64,000 nucleotides of DNA from Minisyncoccota bacterium (GTDB lineage: Bacteria; Patescibacteriota; Minisyncoccia; UBA6257; GWB1-50-10): NCBI GenBank assembly GCA_020059585.1, contig JAGVBU010000009.1, positions 962 through 64,961 on the forward strand, in the 5' to 3' direction. Below the pieces are notes generated by a model. The model did no database searches. It had not been told where the DNA came from and saw only the letters and a program-made list of their open reading frames with translations. The position numbers and the translations under genes were made by a program. Positions 1 through 11,228 of the stretch are shown here, one piece after another (position 1 is the stretch's first letter; each line of letters starts with the position of its first letter).

Positions 1-167
1 TCTCCGCGCTTCCGCAATTGTCTGAATCGTTTATCACCTCAACAACCCGCGACATTCTTCCTGTGGTAAAAATAGACGCGCGGGCAATCGGAAACGGAAA
101 GGTGGGAATCCACACCAAGGTTCTCATGGACGTCTACAAAACGCGCGTGCGCGAAATGATACAATAA
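1..167 (+). CDS. C-terminal fragment of a class IV PLP aminotransferase (IlvE/Dat/PabC family), cut by the window edge
   Basis: Frame from nt 3 reads ...ESFITSTTRDILPVVKIDARAIGNGKVG...MIQ*, the typical class IV C-terminal motif; TAA at 165-167. Confidence 0.8.
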   Translation, partial: SALPQLSESFITSTTRDILPVVKIDARAIGNGKVGIHTKVLMDVYKTRVREMIQ

Positions 168-172
168 TCCTT

Positions 173-631
173 ATGACTACCACCAATTTTGAGGAACTGA
201 GTGAGGAGGAAGAAGCACTGCTTCTTGAAGCGGAACACGCGATGGCATACGCCTATAATCCCTATAACAGCAGGGCGAGAGTCGGCGCGGCTGTCCGCAC
301 CGCATCAGGAGAGATTATCACGGGCTCAAGCGTCGGGAATGTCTCTTCTTCCATCAATCTTTGCGCCGAACGGGTAGCACTCGCTGCGGCAAGCGCGCGG
401 GGACAGAGAAATATCAAAACAATCGCCATCATCGGCATTGACGGAGACGGCATTATCGAAAATCCGGTCATGCCGTGCGGCACATGCAGACAATTCATGG
501 AAGAATTCCTAAAGACAAGCGGTGATGATATCGAAATAATCTGTTCGAACACAAAGAAGGACAAAATTGCCCGCACGTCATTTAACGAACTTCTTCCCTT
601 CCCCTATTCCGGAAGCGGAGAAATAAAGTAG
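173..631 (+). CDS. cdd: Cytidine deaminase
   Basis: AYNPY, VGAA, CAERVA and PCGTCRQ zinc-binding motifs. Confidence 0.93.
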   Translation: MTTTNFEELSEEEEALLLEAEHAMAYAYNPYNSRARVGAAVRTASGEIITGSSVGNVSSSINLCAERVALAAASARGQRNIKTIAIIGIDGDGIIENPVMPCGTCRQFMEEFLKTSGDDIEIICSNTKKDKIARTSFNELLPFPYSGSGEIK

Positions 632-634
632 TCA

Positions 635-1537
635 CTATTGCGCCATATCGCGCAATGCTTTCACGCGGTCATCTACAGGCGGGTGAGTCATAAAAAGCTT
701 ATGAAGCCATGAGGTGCGCTCCCCCGGCTTGTCGAACGGATCTTCGAACCAGAGATGGGCAGTGGTGTTACGCGCCACGCGCAATTCCGCGGGATTGCGG
801 GATATCTTCTGAAGCGCGCTCGCAAGACCCTCCGGATATCGCGTAAGAAGCGCTCCCGAAGCGTCCGCAAGAAATTCGCGCTTCCTTGATATCGCGAGAT
901 GCATAAGCGTTGCCGCAATCGGGGCAAGAATCGCAAGCGCGATACCCACGATCATAAGCACCACCTGTGCCTGTCCCCCTCCTTCACGATTGCGTCCGTG
1001 GAAAAGCGTGCTCCTCATAAAAAAATCAGAAATTAATGAAACAAATCCTACGAGTATCACCGCAACCGTAGCGATAAGCGTATCTCTGTTTCCGATATGC
1101 GAAAGTTCGTGCGCAATCACCCCCTCCAATTCATTTTTGTTTAACTGTTCCAAAAGTCCCGTCGTGACGGCAATGACGCCGTGTTCGGGATCCCTTCCTG
1201 TTGCGAAGGCATTCGGAGCGTTCTCATACATAATATAAACCTTAGGCATCGGCAATCCCGCGGTTATTGAGAGATTCTGAACGATATTCCAAAGTACAGG
1301 TTCCTTGTTTTTGTCCGCGGGAATGGCGTTCGCCATTTTCAATACGATAGTGTCGGAATGCCAATAACTGATAATGCTCATCACGGAAGAAAACAGCACC
1401 GCGAAAAAAAGAATTCCCGGATTTCCGTATACACGGGAGAAAAACCATCCGATACCGATAACAACGATAAAAAACCCCGAAAAGAGAATCGTCGTTTTTC
1501 TTACATTAGAGCTTTTATGCGTGTATATTGTTGCCAT
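635..1537 (-). CDS. htpX: M48 zinc metalloprotease HtpX
   Basis: PNAFATG, HELSH, SRKREFLAD and THPP motifs; TM helices. Confidence 0.93.
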   Translation of the reverse strand: MATIYTHKSSNVRKTTILFSGFFIVVIGIGWFFSRVYGNPGILFFAVLFSSVMSIISYWHSDTIVLKMANAIPADKNKEPVLWNIVQNLSITAGLPMPKVYIMYENAPNAFATGRDPEHGVIAVTTGLLEQLNKNELEGVIAHELSHIGNRDTLIATVAVILVGFVSLISDFFMRSTLFHGRNREGGGQAQVVLMIVGIALAILAPIAATLMHLAISRKREFLADASGALLTRYPEGLASALQKISRNPAELRVARNTTAHLWFEDPFDKPGERTSWLHKLFMTHPPVDDRVKALRDMAQ

Positions 1538-1540
1538 TAT

Positions 1541-1616
1541 TAGTATCTAGTATATTGTATTCAGTATTGCACATTTTATATCAAGTCTTAATACTTACTA
1601 CTTTATGCTTTATACT
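1541..1616. repeat. Two degenerate 7-bp-periodic arrays in inverted orientation
   Basis: tagtatc-tagtata-ttgtatt-cagtatt (1541-1568) facing taatact-tactact-ttatgct-ttatact (1589-1616). Confidence 0.6.
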
Positions 1617-3624
1617 AGCTGGCGCCTCCTCCTCCGCCACCACCGCCTCCCCCTCCCGCGCCTCCTCCGCCCGCGGCACCACTCGCCCCCGCGCCCGCGA
1701 TCGCGCTTGTAAAGGCGGATGAGAAACTCGCGCTAAACGCGGAAGGAGAAAAGACAGAAGAAACGGTTCCATCTATCGCGCCGATTGCGTGGGGCATCAC
1801 AACCCATTCGGGCTGAGGAAGATGCATTTCCTCGAATGTGTCCGCCCACTTTTTTTCCACGCCGAATATCATCGCGTACGGAAGATACTTCTCAAAAAGA
1901 TCAGGAGTGATTGTCTTTATCCTGTCCTTTTCAGTAACTCCGAGAAACATCTTGAATCCAAGAAGCGCGTGCTTCATCCCAATCCCTTCTTCGGAAAGAC
2001 GTGCCTCAAATTTCAAGAAAGCCCATATTATCGCTGAAACCGAAATGAAAGAAACTATCGCGATGAACGATTGCCATAGTGCATTTGAATCAAACATCTT
2101 TGATCCAAGAGACCATGAAAAAACCGAGAAAAACACCGCGCCCGCGATTGTGATAGTGAGATATTTTTCCTTTTGAATACCTCCTCCGGTGAATGCGCGC
2201 GTATCGCTATCCATTTCCTTTAGCACGTCATTTTGTATATCCTGTATTTTTTTTGAAAATTCCCGCTGTCGACGGACATTCTTTTTTATCTCCTCAAAGG
2301 AAAACAATTTTCCATCGCGGAAGAGTTCCCGAAGATACGCCTTCTCAAAATCCTGAAGATGGGGATCTCCCTCTATTGTTTTAAGAAGTTCGAGCGAATA
2401 GGATCTCTTTTTTGCCTTCAGCACCGCGGGAATTACCATGAACAACGCGCCGATATATACAAATTCGAAGAGAAGAAATCCGAATATTTTAAAAATTCCT
2501 TCCGCCATGTTTGCGATAAGCACCGCAAAGAATACTCCAAGAATTATCATGACAAGGAACACCGCATTTTTTTTCGAGGCGAGTATGTCAAGAAACCGGT
2601 TAAATATTCCCTTTTCATCTTGAATGATTTTTATGTAGCCGCGCACCGCAAGATCAACAATCGTCGCCGAAAATCCCTTGGGAGAGATACGTTCTTTCAA
2701 TACGAGTTCGGCGAAGAGCGGAGGCATATTTTTGGGCGGTTCGTATTCCGGCACGATCGCGCGCTGTTCCGCGGTCTTTTCCTTGTATGTGTGTATTCCA
2801 ATGAAGATTCCCGCGCCAAGAACTATAAGCACGGAAAGCATGTATCCAAAATTCATCTTCAAAAAATCCTTTACATACGCGCTTACCGCGGGGATTCCTT
2901 TTTTCCACGCGACATCAACCGTGAACGCCTCTCCCGAAGAAAAACCCTGTTCGGTGAATCTGTATCCCCTCACTTCAGGAGAATACAAAAGTTCTCCCGA
3001 TCCCTGCATTGATGATCGATAAAAGAAACCCTGAGTGTCTTCCTGCGTATATGATCCGGGAAGCACGATATTCACCGAGGCGGAATCGACTGAAACGGGA
3101 TAATCGGTAAAAATGTTCCAGTACAACCTGTTGTATCCCGTTCCGAATTCTATCGCTCCATGGACCGTGTATCCGATAATCCACGTCTTTTCAATCGGAA
3201 ATTTTTCTTCTTCGAGATTGTAGTACCACTCAATAACCTGCGTTCCGTTTTCTTTATACGTCGTATACGCGCCCCAATTTTCAGGAATGGTTTTATCCAT
3301 TTTTTTCCTTGAAAAATCAAGAAGCGTTCCCGTTGAGGCATCTCTTATTGTTATTTCGGTGATTCCATCAATTCCGGAAAGAGGAATGCTCCGCCATCCC
3401 TGATGAAAACTTCCGTTTTCAAATAGATATGTCTGGCGTTCCTCGACGCGCACCGTGGCGTCGCTTCGTATCTCGAATGTCGTGTAAATATCCTTATATG
3501 AATATCCTTTTCTTTCGATCTCCGCGTTCGCCCACGGAATATGAACGGATAGCGCGAGAATTACGGATACAAAAAACACCCCGCACGCGGGTATCCTTCC
3601 CGTATTGCGAGGTGCGTGTTCCAT
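1615..3624 (-). CDS. DUF2207 family membrane protein
   Basis: Signal peptide, LYWN motif, PEYEPP, ATIVDLAVRGYI, FEKYLPYAMIFGVEKKWA and Gly-rich C-terminus; next to lemA. Confidence 0.88.
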   Translation of the reverse strand: MEHAPRNTGRIPACGVFFVSVILALSVHIPWANAEIERKGYSYKDIYTTFEIRSDATVRVEERQTYLFENGSFHQGWRSIPLSGIDGITEITIRDASTGTLLDFSRKKMDKTIPENWGAYTTYKENGTQVIEWYYNLEEEKFPIEKTWIIGYTVHGAIEFGTGYNRLYWNIFTDYPVSVDSASVNIVLPGSYTQEDTQGFFYRSSMQGSGELLYSPEVRGYRFTEQGFSSGEAFTVDVAWKKGIPAVSAYVKDFLKMNFGYMLSVLIVLGAGIFIGIHTYKEKTAEQRAIVPEYEPPKNMPPLFAELVLKERISPKGFSATIVDLAVRGYIKIIQDEKGIFNRFLDILASKKNAVFLVMIILGVFFAVLIANMAEGIFKIFGFLLFEFVYIGALFMVIPAVLKAKKRSYSLELLKTIEGDPHLQDFEKAYLRELFRDGKLFSFEEIKKNVRRQREFSKKIQDIQNDVLKEMDSDTRAFTGGGIQKEKYLTITIAGAVFFSVFSWSLGSKMFDSNALWQSFIAIVSFISVSAIIWAFLKFEARLSEEGIGMKHALLGFKMFLGVTEKDRIKTITPDLFEKYLPYAMIFGVEKKWADTFEEMHLPQPEWVVMPHAIGAIDGTVSSVFSPSAFSASFSSAFTSAIAGAGASGAAGGGGAGGGGGGGGGGGAS

Positions 3625-3629
3625 AGCGG

Positions 3630-4184
3630 TTAGAACTGCACTTTCACGGGCTCTTTTGCTCCCTCATCCTCAAGCTCAAAGAAATCTCTCTTCGCGAATT
3701 TGAACGTTCCCGCGATCACATTGTATGGGAACATCTCTATTTTTGTATTGAGATCGCGCACATTCCCGTTATAAAATCTTCGCGCTGCCTGTATTTTATT
3801 CTCGGTGTCCGAAAGCTCGTCCTGCAGTTTTGTGAAACTCTCAACCGCGCGGAGCTGCGGATACGCTTCGGCAACGGCAAAAATACTTTTCAACGCGTCC
3901 GTCACCATATTATCCGCGACTTCTTTTTCTTTTACCGATTGGGCTCCAAGCGCTTGCGCGCGCGCTTTGGTCACGTTTTCGAATGCTTCATTTTCGTGTT
4001 TCGCGTATCCTTTCACCGTTTCTACAAGATTCGGGATAAGATCATAACGACGCTTCAATTGCACCTCTATATCGGACCACGCTTCCTTTGTCCTGTTTAT
4101 AAGCTTTACAAAACCGTTGTACACGGCAATAAGCCACACGACCGCGACCCCGATGAGTATAAGTATGATAGTAAGTATATCCAT
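3630..4184 (-). CDS. lemA: LemA family protein
   Basis: N-terminal TM, AWSDIEVQLKRRYDLIPNLV, AVAEAYPQL, ARRFYN. Confidence 0.95.
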   Translation of the reverse strand: MDILTIILILIGVAVVWLIAVYNGFVKLINRTKEAWSDIEVQLKRRYDLIPNLVETVKGYAKHENEAFENVTKARAQALGAQSVKEKEVADNMVTDALKSIFAVAEAYPQLRAVESFTKLQDELSDTENKIQAARRFYNGNVRDLNTKIEMFPYNVIAGTFKFAKRDFFELEDEGAKEPVKVQF

Positions 4185-4239
4185 TGATTTTGAAATATTA
4201 GACCTTTATACGTTGGATTATATAACAGAATGCAGAAAA

Positions 4240-4264
4240 AAAACAGCGGATATTCCGCTGTTTT
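4240..4264. terminator. Intrinsic terminator downstream of thyX
   Basis: aaaacagcgga-tat-tccgctgtttt perfect hairpin with A/T tails. Confidence 0.75.
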
Positions 4265-4288
4265 CCATAAATGTCTGAAAATACCGCA

Positions 4289-5965
4289 TTATTGTTTTTC
4301 CCTCAGTTTTTCTATCAGATTCTGTTCTTTCGCCGCAATCTGCTCTTCGGTGCCTCTCCGCGCAACTTTGTAGTCCTTCAGATCAGCAAGAATGAATTCC
4401 GAAATCAGCGGAAACGCTTTTTTCGCAAGATCATATTTTTTATGCTCGATGGAGCGATAATCGGGATGTCCTTGAGATATCGTCCGCAATTCCGTTTCCC
4501 AGAAAAATTGCCGCACGTTTTGATACTGATGAAATCTGATTCGGTACGCAAGCGGTACAACATACTGCGCGCAGTCAGGATCAATTGCTTCGAGTTTTTT
4601 GAAAAGCGGTTTGATTCTTTCAAGCGCCTCAATGAACTCGTTGGAAAACCCCGAATTGATAAGTTCTTGAGGAACATCGTATCCATGATGCGCGGAAAAT
4701 CTTTGACGATCTTGCGTCATCATCCGATGTCGATGGAGATCTCTGTACGCGCCGATATTCATCTCTATTTCGAACCGCATATATGAATTTTCGAACGCAC
4801 GCCCAATTTTCTGCCATCGCGCGTTTCTTTCCCCGATATACGCGGCAATGACATCTTTTTTCTCGAGAGGACTCATCATTTTCACCCACGAAAAAACATT
4901 TTCCCATGTTTTGTGGCTTTCCGGATACAAAATTCCCGCGATTATTCTGTCTTCGGCGTAGGCGTCGTATTCCACGAGACGCACGAGCGGTTCCGTTCCC
5001 GAATCAATATTTTCCCCATTGCTAAGATCGGAAAACGGGGAAATATCGCGGACGCGTGTGGCGCGTTTTGCGAGCTCTTCCTGATAGAATCCACTTGCGG
5101 AATCGTTGATGCGCAGAAAAAGCGAGGGAATTTCTTTGTCGAGTTCGTTTTTGAGAGTTTCCCCTATCCATCTGAATTCTCCGAGCGGATGCTTCGCGAG
5201 GCGGTTCAGAAGGTATTCAAACGCCTGTGCGTTTCCACGGAACGCAACTTGTCCGAGCGTTGCCATCGGAAGAAGTCCGCGAAGCGTATCGAATGCTTTT
5301 TTTTCGAGTATCGGTTCTTTATCATCAAAATTTTCCTTAAGCCATCCGAGAAATTTTGGAAGCAGATTAACATACGCATCGAAAAGAGAATCCATGCAAG
5401 AGGTGTATTCGCTAAGAAGACCCATTCTTTCAAGATCCGGCGTTGGAGTGTAATAGAGATACTTTCCATCGATTTTCTGTCCGAAGTTCACGTAACGAGT
5501 CGATTTTTCTATAGGTTCCAATCCGATGCGCCTGTCTTCGAGATATTTCATCGCCACCTGAGAAACGCCCCAAAAAACAGAATGAGTACCCGTCATTTGC
5601 GCTATCGAGTCATCTCCATATTGGGAAAGCCATTTCGCATAGAATGCCTGAGCCCTCTGGTTCCCGAGGATATTCTTGAATCCTTTTTTCGCGAAGAAAG
5701 AAACAACTTCTTCAAGTTCCTCGGCGAGCTGTCTGTCTTCTCCTTCGAGGATTGGATAGACATATTCATCAAGAAAAACCCGAAGAAGAGATCCTTTTGC
5801 CCTGCTCGCTCTCGAACATAAAGCTCCGGTAAGTTCCGGAGGGAGATTCGAGACAACCGAAATAAGTCCTTGTGGATTCGAAAAAAACGGCTCAAGATAC
5901 CGCAGATCACGTTCCGTCCATTGTTCCCCCTTAAACGAGGGTTTGTAGAGATTCGCACTTTCCAT
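4289..5965 (-). CDS. thyX: FAD-dependent thymidylate synthase, tandem two-domain form
   Basis: YGDDSIAQ, EKSTRYV, RDLHRHR and ELRT..QGHPDYR motifs; 558 aa, two Thy1 domains. Confidence 0.9.
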   Translation of the reverse strand: MESANLYKPSFKGEQWTERDLRYLEPFFSNPQGLISVVSNLPPELTGALCSRASRAKGSLLRVFLDEYVYPILEGEDRQLAEELEEVVSFFAKKGFKNILGNQRAQAFYAKWLSQYGDDSIAQMTGTHSVFWGVSQVAMKYLEDRRIGLEPIEKSTRYVNFGQKIDGKYLYYTPTPDLERMGLLSEYTSCMDSLFDAYVNLLPKFLGWLKENFDDKEPILEKKAFDTLRGLLPMATLGQVAFRGNAQAFEYLLNRLAKHPLGEFRWIGETLKNELDKEIPSLFLRINDSASGFYQEELAKRATRVRDISPFSDLSNGENIDSGTEPLVRLVEYDAYAEDRIIAGILYPESHKTWENVFSWVKMMSPLEKKDVIAAYIGERNARWQKIGRAFENSYMRFEIEMNIGAYRDLHRHRMMTQDRQRFSAHHGYDVPQELINSGFSNEFIEALERIKPLFKKLEAIDPDCAQYVVPLAYRIRFHQYQNVRQFFWETELRTISQGHPDYRSIEHKKYDLAKKAFPLISEFILADLKDYKVARRGTEEQIAAKEQNLIEKLREKQ

Positions 5966-6027
5966 AATTCATTGCTCCTTACAGTATGACTGTTTTGTTT
6001 TTTGAAATCTACTTTCTGTAGTATTGT

Positions 6028-6061
6028 AAAAAAAATCCCGCCCGTCTATAGACGAGCGGGA
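6028..6061 (-). terminator. Terminator after groEL
   Basis: tcccgcccgtc-tata-gacgagcggga hairpin followed by a T-run on the minus strand. Confidence 0.7.
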
Positions 6062-6080
6062 CTGTCTCCGTGGATATCTT

Positions 6081-8037
<1,957 letters not shown>

Positions 8038-8047
8038 TTTTTTATTT

Positions 8048-8074
8048 TTAGCAATGACGACCTTTTATTGCTAA
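8048..8074. promoter_or_regulatory. Degenerate CIRCE element (HrcA operator) upstream of groES
   Basis: TTAGCAATG-N9-TATTGCTAA against consensus TTAGCACTC-N9-GAGTGCTAA, exact 9-nt spacer, 10 nt before the groES start. Confidence 0.8.
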
Positions 8075-8135
8075 TACGGTTTTATTGTATGGAAATTGAA
8101 ATTTATGTCAACTGGGGTAGAGTGAATATACTCTC

Positions 8136-9830
8136 ATGGAAAAATGGCTTCTTACATATCCTGAAGACGGTCTTGTACAGAAGGCCTATGCCTTCGCCGA
8201 AGACGCCCACAAAGGAATGACGCGGGACAGCGGCGAGCCCTTCATTACTCATCCTCTCGCTGTCGCGAAATTAATCCACGAATGGCGTCTTGACGAGGCA
8301 TCTGTTGTTTCCGCGCTTCTCCATGACGTAGTTGAAGACAGCGAATATTCTCTTAAAACAATAGAAAAGCAGTTCGGGGAGGAGGTTGCGCATATCGTGA
8401 ACGGACTCACAAAACTTAAGGAATTCAAATACGGAGAGAATCCTGACTCTGAAAACATACGGAAGCTCGTGCTTTCTTTCAGCAAGGACCTTCGCGTCAT
8501 TCTCGTGAAACTCGCCGACCGTCTGCACAACATGCAGACGCTCAAATTCAAATCAGCGTCAAAACAGAAAGAGATCGCGTGGGAAACGATAGAAATTTAC
8601 GCGCCTATCGCATACAGACTCGGTATGCAGAAATTGAGTGGAGAACTTGATGACCTTGCGTTCCCCTATCTTTATCCCGATGAATATGCGTGGCTTATGG
8701 ACGCAGTGAAGGAAAAGTACGAGGAGCGCGAATCCTACGCAAAAAAATTAAAACCTCTGCTTCACGATATGCTTAAAGATTCGCATATCGTTCCCATTTC
8801 GGTGGACTCCCGCGCAAAGCGCTATTACAGCCTTTACAGAAAACTTTTGAGGAACGATATGGAGCTTGAAAAGATATATGATCTCGTGGCGCTGAGAATC
8901 ATCGTGCATTCGGTTGAAGAATGTTATGCGGTGCTCGGGACGATACACAAGCACTGGGCTCCGCTTTCCGGACGATTTAAGGATTATATCGCGGTGCCAA
9001 AACCGAACGGATATCGAAGTCTCCATACAACCGTATCGACTCCTGACGCGAAGATAACCGAAATACAGATACGCACGCAGGAGATGCATGAGGAGGCGGA
9101 GTTCGGTATCGCCGCTCACTGGGCATACGAGCAGATAAAAGATTCAAAAAGCAAAAAAGAGACGTGGGGAGGCGTGAAAAACAGAAAAGAGCTCCTTTGG
9201 GTGGAACAGCTCAGAAATTGGCAGAAAAGCTTCGCGAATCAGAAGGATTTTCTTGATTCCCTTAAAGTAGACTTTTTCAAGGAGCGTATTTTTGTAGTGA
9301 CTCCGAAAAATGACGTCATAGATCTTCCCGCGGGCGCGACCCCTATTGATTTCGCGTACCATATCCATAGCGAGATCGGAAATCAGTGCGTTGGCGCGCG
9401 GGTAAACGGGAAAATAGTCCCCATCGATTACGAGCTCCATTCGGGAGACCTTGTCGAAATTATGACGCAAAAAGGAAAAAAACCATCAGAGGACTGGCTT
9501 CGATTCGTGAAAAGCTCTATGGCAAAAAAATATTTGAGAAGTTTCACAAGAGAAAAAGACAGGAAGATAAAGAAAGCGACACATCCGCAGCATGTCGAAT
9601 TCAAGATCGTCAATCTCGACCGCCCCGGATATCTGAAAGACGTCACGAGTGTCTTCGCGGATCTGAAAATAAATATCGAATTTCTCAACAGCCAGACGGA
9701 TCCAAGATTTACGTATTCCATCGTCACCGTACGCTGTCCCTCGGTTTCTCAGGAAAAGCTTCAGAAAGTTCTCGTTAAAATAAAATCCATTTCGGGAACA
9801 AACGAGGTGAGTTTCAAATATATTAGATAG
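8136..9830 (+). CDS. rel: Bifunctional (p)ppGpp synthetase/hydrolase, compact form (HD, SYNTH, TGS, ACT)
   Basis: SGEPFITHP, LHDVVED, KLADRLHNM, RFKDYIA, EIQIRT, TGS motif ATPIDFAY, C-terminal ACT. Confidence 0.95.
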   Translation: MEKWLLTYPEDGLVQKAYAFAEDAHKGMTRDSGEPFITHPLAVAKLIHEWRLDEASVVSALLHDVVEDSEYSLKTIEKQFGEEVAHIVNGLTKLKEFKYGENPDSENIRKLVLSFSKDLRVILVKLADRLHNMQTLKFKSASKQKEIAWETIEIYAPIAYRLGMQKLSGELDDLAFPYLYPDEYAWLMDAVKEKYEERESYAKKLKPLLHDMLKDSHIVPISVDSRAKRYYSLYRKLLRNDMELEKIYDLVALRIIVHSVEECYAVLGTIHKHWAPLSGRFKDYIAVPKPNGYRSLHTTVSTPDAKITEIQIRTQEMHEEAEFGIAAHWAYEQIKDSKSKKETWGGVKNRKELLWVEQLRNWQKSFANQKDFLDSLKVDFFKERIFVVTPKNDVIDLPAGATPIDFAYHIHSEIGNQCVGARVNGKIVPIDYELHSGDLVEIMTQKGKKPSEDWLRFVKSSMAKKYLRSFTREKDRKIKKATHPQHVEFKIVNLDRPGYLKDVTSVFADLKINIEFLNSQTDPRFTYSIVTVRCPSVSQEKLQKVLVKIKSISGTNEVSFKYIR

Positions 9831-10794
9831 AGGAATCTTCCCCGAGTATTCTTTCGATAAGCGCCTGCATTTCTTCGCGGGAGTAAAATGGAACAGTGAT
9901 TTTTCCGCGGCTGCCTTTTTTTGTTATCTTTACGGCCGCCTGAAGTTTTTCCTCAAGCTTTTTTTCCCAAAATTTTCTCTCGGGATCCGCGGGGGCATCC
10001 ACATTTTTTTCGCGAAGCTCTTTTGCGGTTATCTTTCCCGATACAATATTGTAAAATGCGCGTTTTTGCTCTTCGAGATTTGATATAGAAAGAAGCGTCC
10101 TTGCTTGAGATTCATTGATTGCATTTGAAGAAAGCGCGTCTTGTATCTCTGAGGGAAGATTAAGAAGACGGACTGTATTCGCGACCGATTCCCTGCTTTT
10201 TCCAACCCGCGCCGCTACTTCTCTCTGAGTGAGTCCGAACTCATCCTGAAGGCGCGCGTATGCCTTTGCGGATTCAAGCGCGTTCAAATCGCTCCGCTGT
10301 ATATTTTCTATGAGCGCAATTTCAAGTTTCGCTTTTCCCGCGTCAATCTTTCTGACAATCGCGGGGATTCTTTCCAATCCCACCATTTTTGATGCTTTGA
10401 GCCTCCGTTCTCCCGCGATAAGCTGATATTCAACCTCGGTGCCAAGTTCGGTCTCTTTGGTTATTTTCGAAACGATAATAGGTTGGATGACTCCGAATTC
10501 CTTTATTGACTGCGCAAGATCTTCCAGCGCCTCGCGATTAAATTCTCTTCGCGGCTGATATGGATTCGGTCTTATCTTTTCAACTTCTATTTGAAATACT
10601 GACTCCTGTTTCGAATGATCTCTTTCCTGCGAATACGTTTCTCTCAATTGGGGAAGCGCTTCGCGGATATTCTGGTATCGGGGAACAGGAAAATTTTCTT
10701 TTCTCTCCTCCTTTTCCGCGGTTTTCTCTTCCCTCACGTCGCGCGCATCATCCTTCGGCGGTATTAATGATTGTAATCCTCTTCCAAGTGCCAT
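9823..10794 (-). CDS. parB: Chromosome partitioning protein ParB/Spo0J
   Basis: Start placed at MALGRGL; NPYQPR, IAGERR, IENIQR, HTH. Confidence 0.95.
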   Translation of the reverse strand: MALGRGLQSLIPPKDDARDVREEKTAEKEERKENFPVPRYQNIREALPQLRETYSQERDHSKQESVFQIEVEKIRPNPYQPRREFNREALEDLAQSIKEFGVIQPIIVSKITKETELGTEVEYQLIAGERRLKASKMVGLERIPAIVRKIDAGKAKLEIALIENIQRSDLNALESAKAYARLQDEFGLTQREVAARVGKSRESVANTVRLLNLPSEIQDALSSNAINESQARTLLSISNLEEQKRAFYNIVSGKITAKELREKNVDAPADPERKFWEKKLEEKLQAAVKITKKGSRGKITVPFYSREEMQALIERILGEDSSI

Positions 10795-11068
10795 AAATAA
10801 ATAATAAACCAACGACTCACAACTCACAACCAAAAATCTGACATGCGTTTCTTTGAATAAGCGTGTCACGTAAGCTGAAGATGGCCTCTATATAAACTAA
10901 AACAGAGGCTTTATTTTTATGCCTTTTGCCGCAATTGTTTTTCGTTACGAACCTCAAGCGTTTAATATTTGTGTGAGTTAATATAAAGAGCAGCTTGAGA
11001 TGACGAAAAGATGTGATGCCGCAAATAGCACAAAATCGTCCCCTGTTTCAGCGTTTAACGTGTACACG

Positions 11069-11156
11069 GATCCATATTATGCCCGCGAACGTACATACGC
11101 ACCTCCTGCCGGCCGGACATTTGGTCCGCAGCCGATTCGCACACATAACAAGAACC
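11069..11156 (-). ncRNA. Candidate structured RNA between parA and parB
   Basis: Long G-U-rich stem closing a three-way junction; begins about 7 nt after TTGACG-N16-TATGAT. Confidence 0.35.
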
Positions 11157-11170
11157 AGTGATAATCATAC

Positions 11171-11200
11171 AAAAGGTGCGGGTGACGTCAACCCCGCACC
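11171..11200 (-). terminator. Terminator after parA, overlapping a putative promoter
   Basis: GGTGCGGG-N10-CCCGCACC-TTTT on the minus strand. Confidence 0.65.
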
Positions 11201-11228
11201 ATGATCGTGATTGTGCATAACGCGCGTT

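Noticed and set aside
4913-5821. Long antisense ORFs (302 aa opposite thyX; also 38544-39374 opposite typA and 2359-3012 opposite DUF2207)
   Set aside because: Shadow frames of well-supported genes, with no motifs
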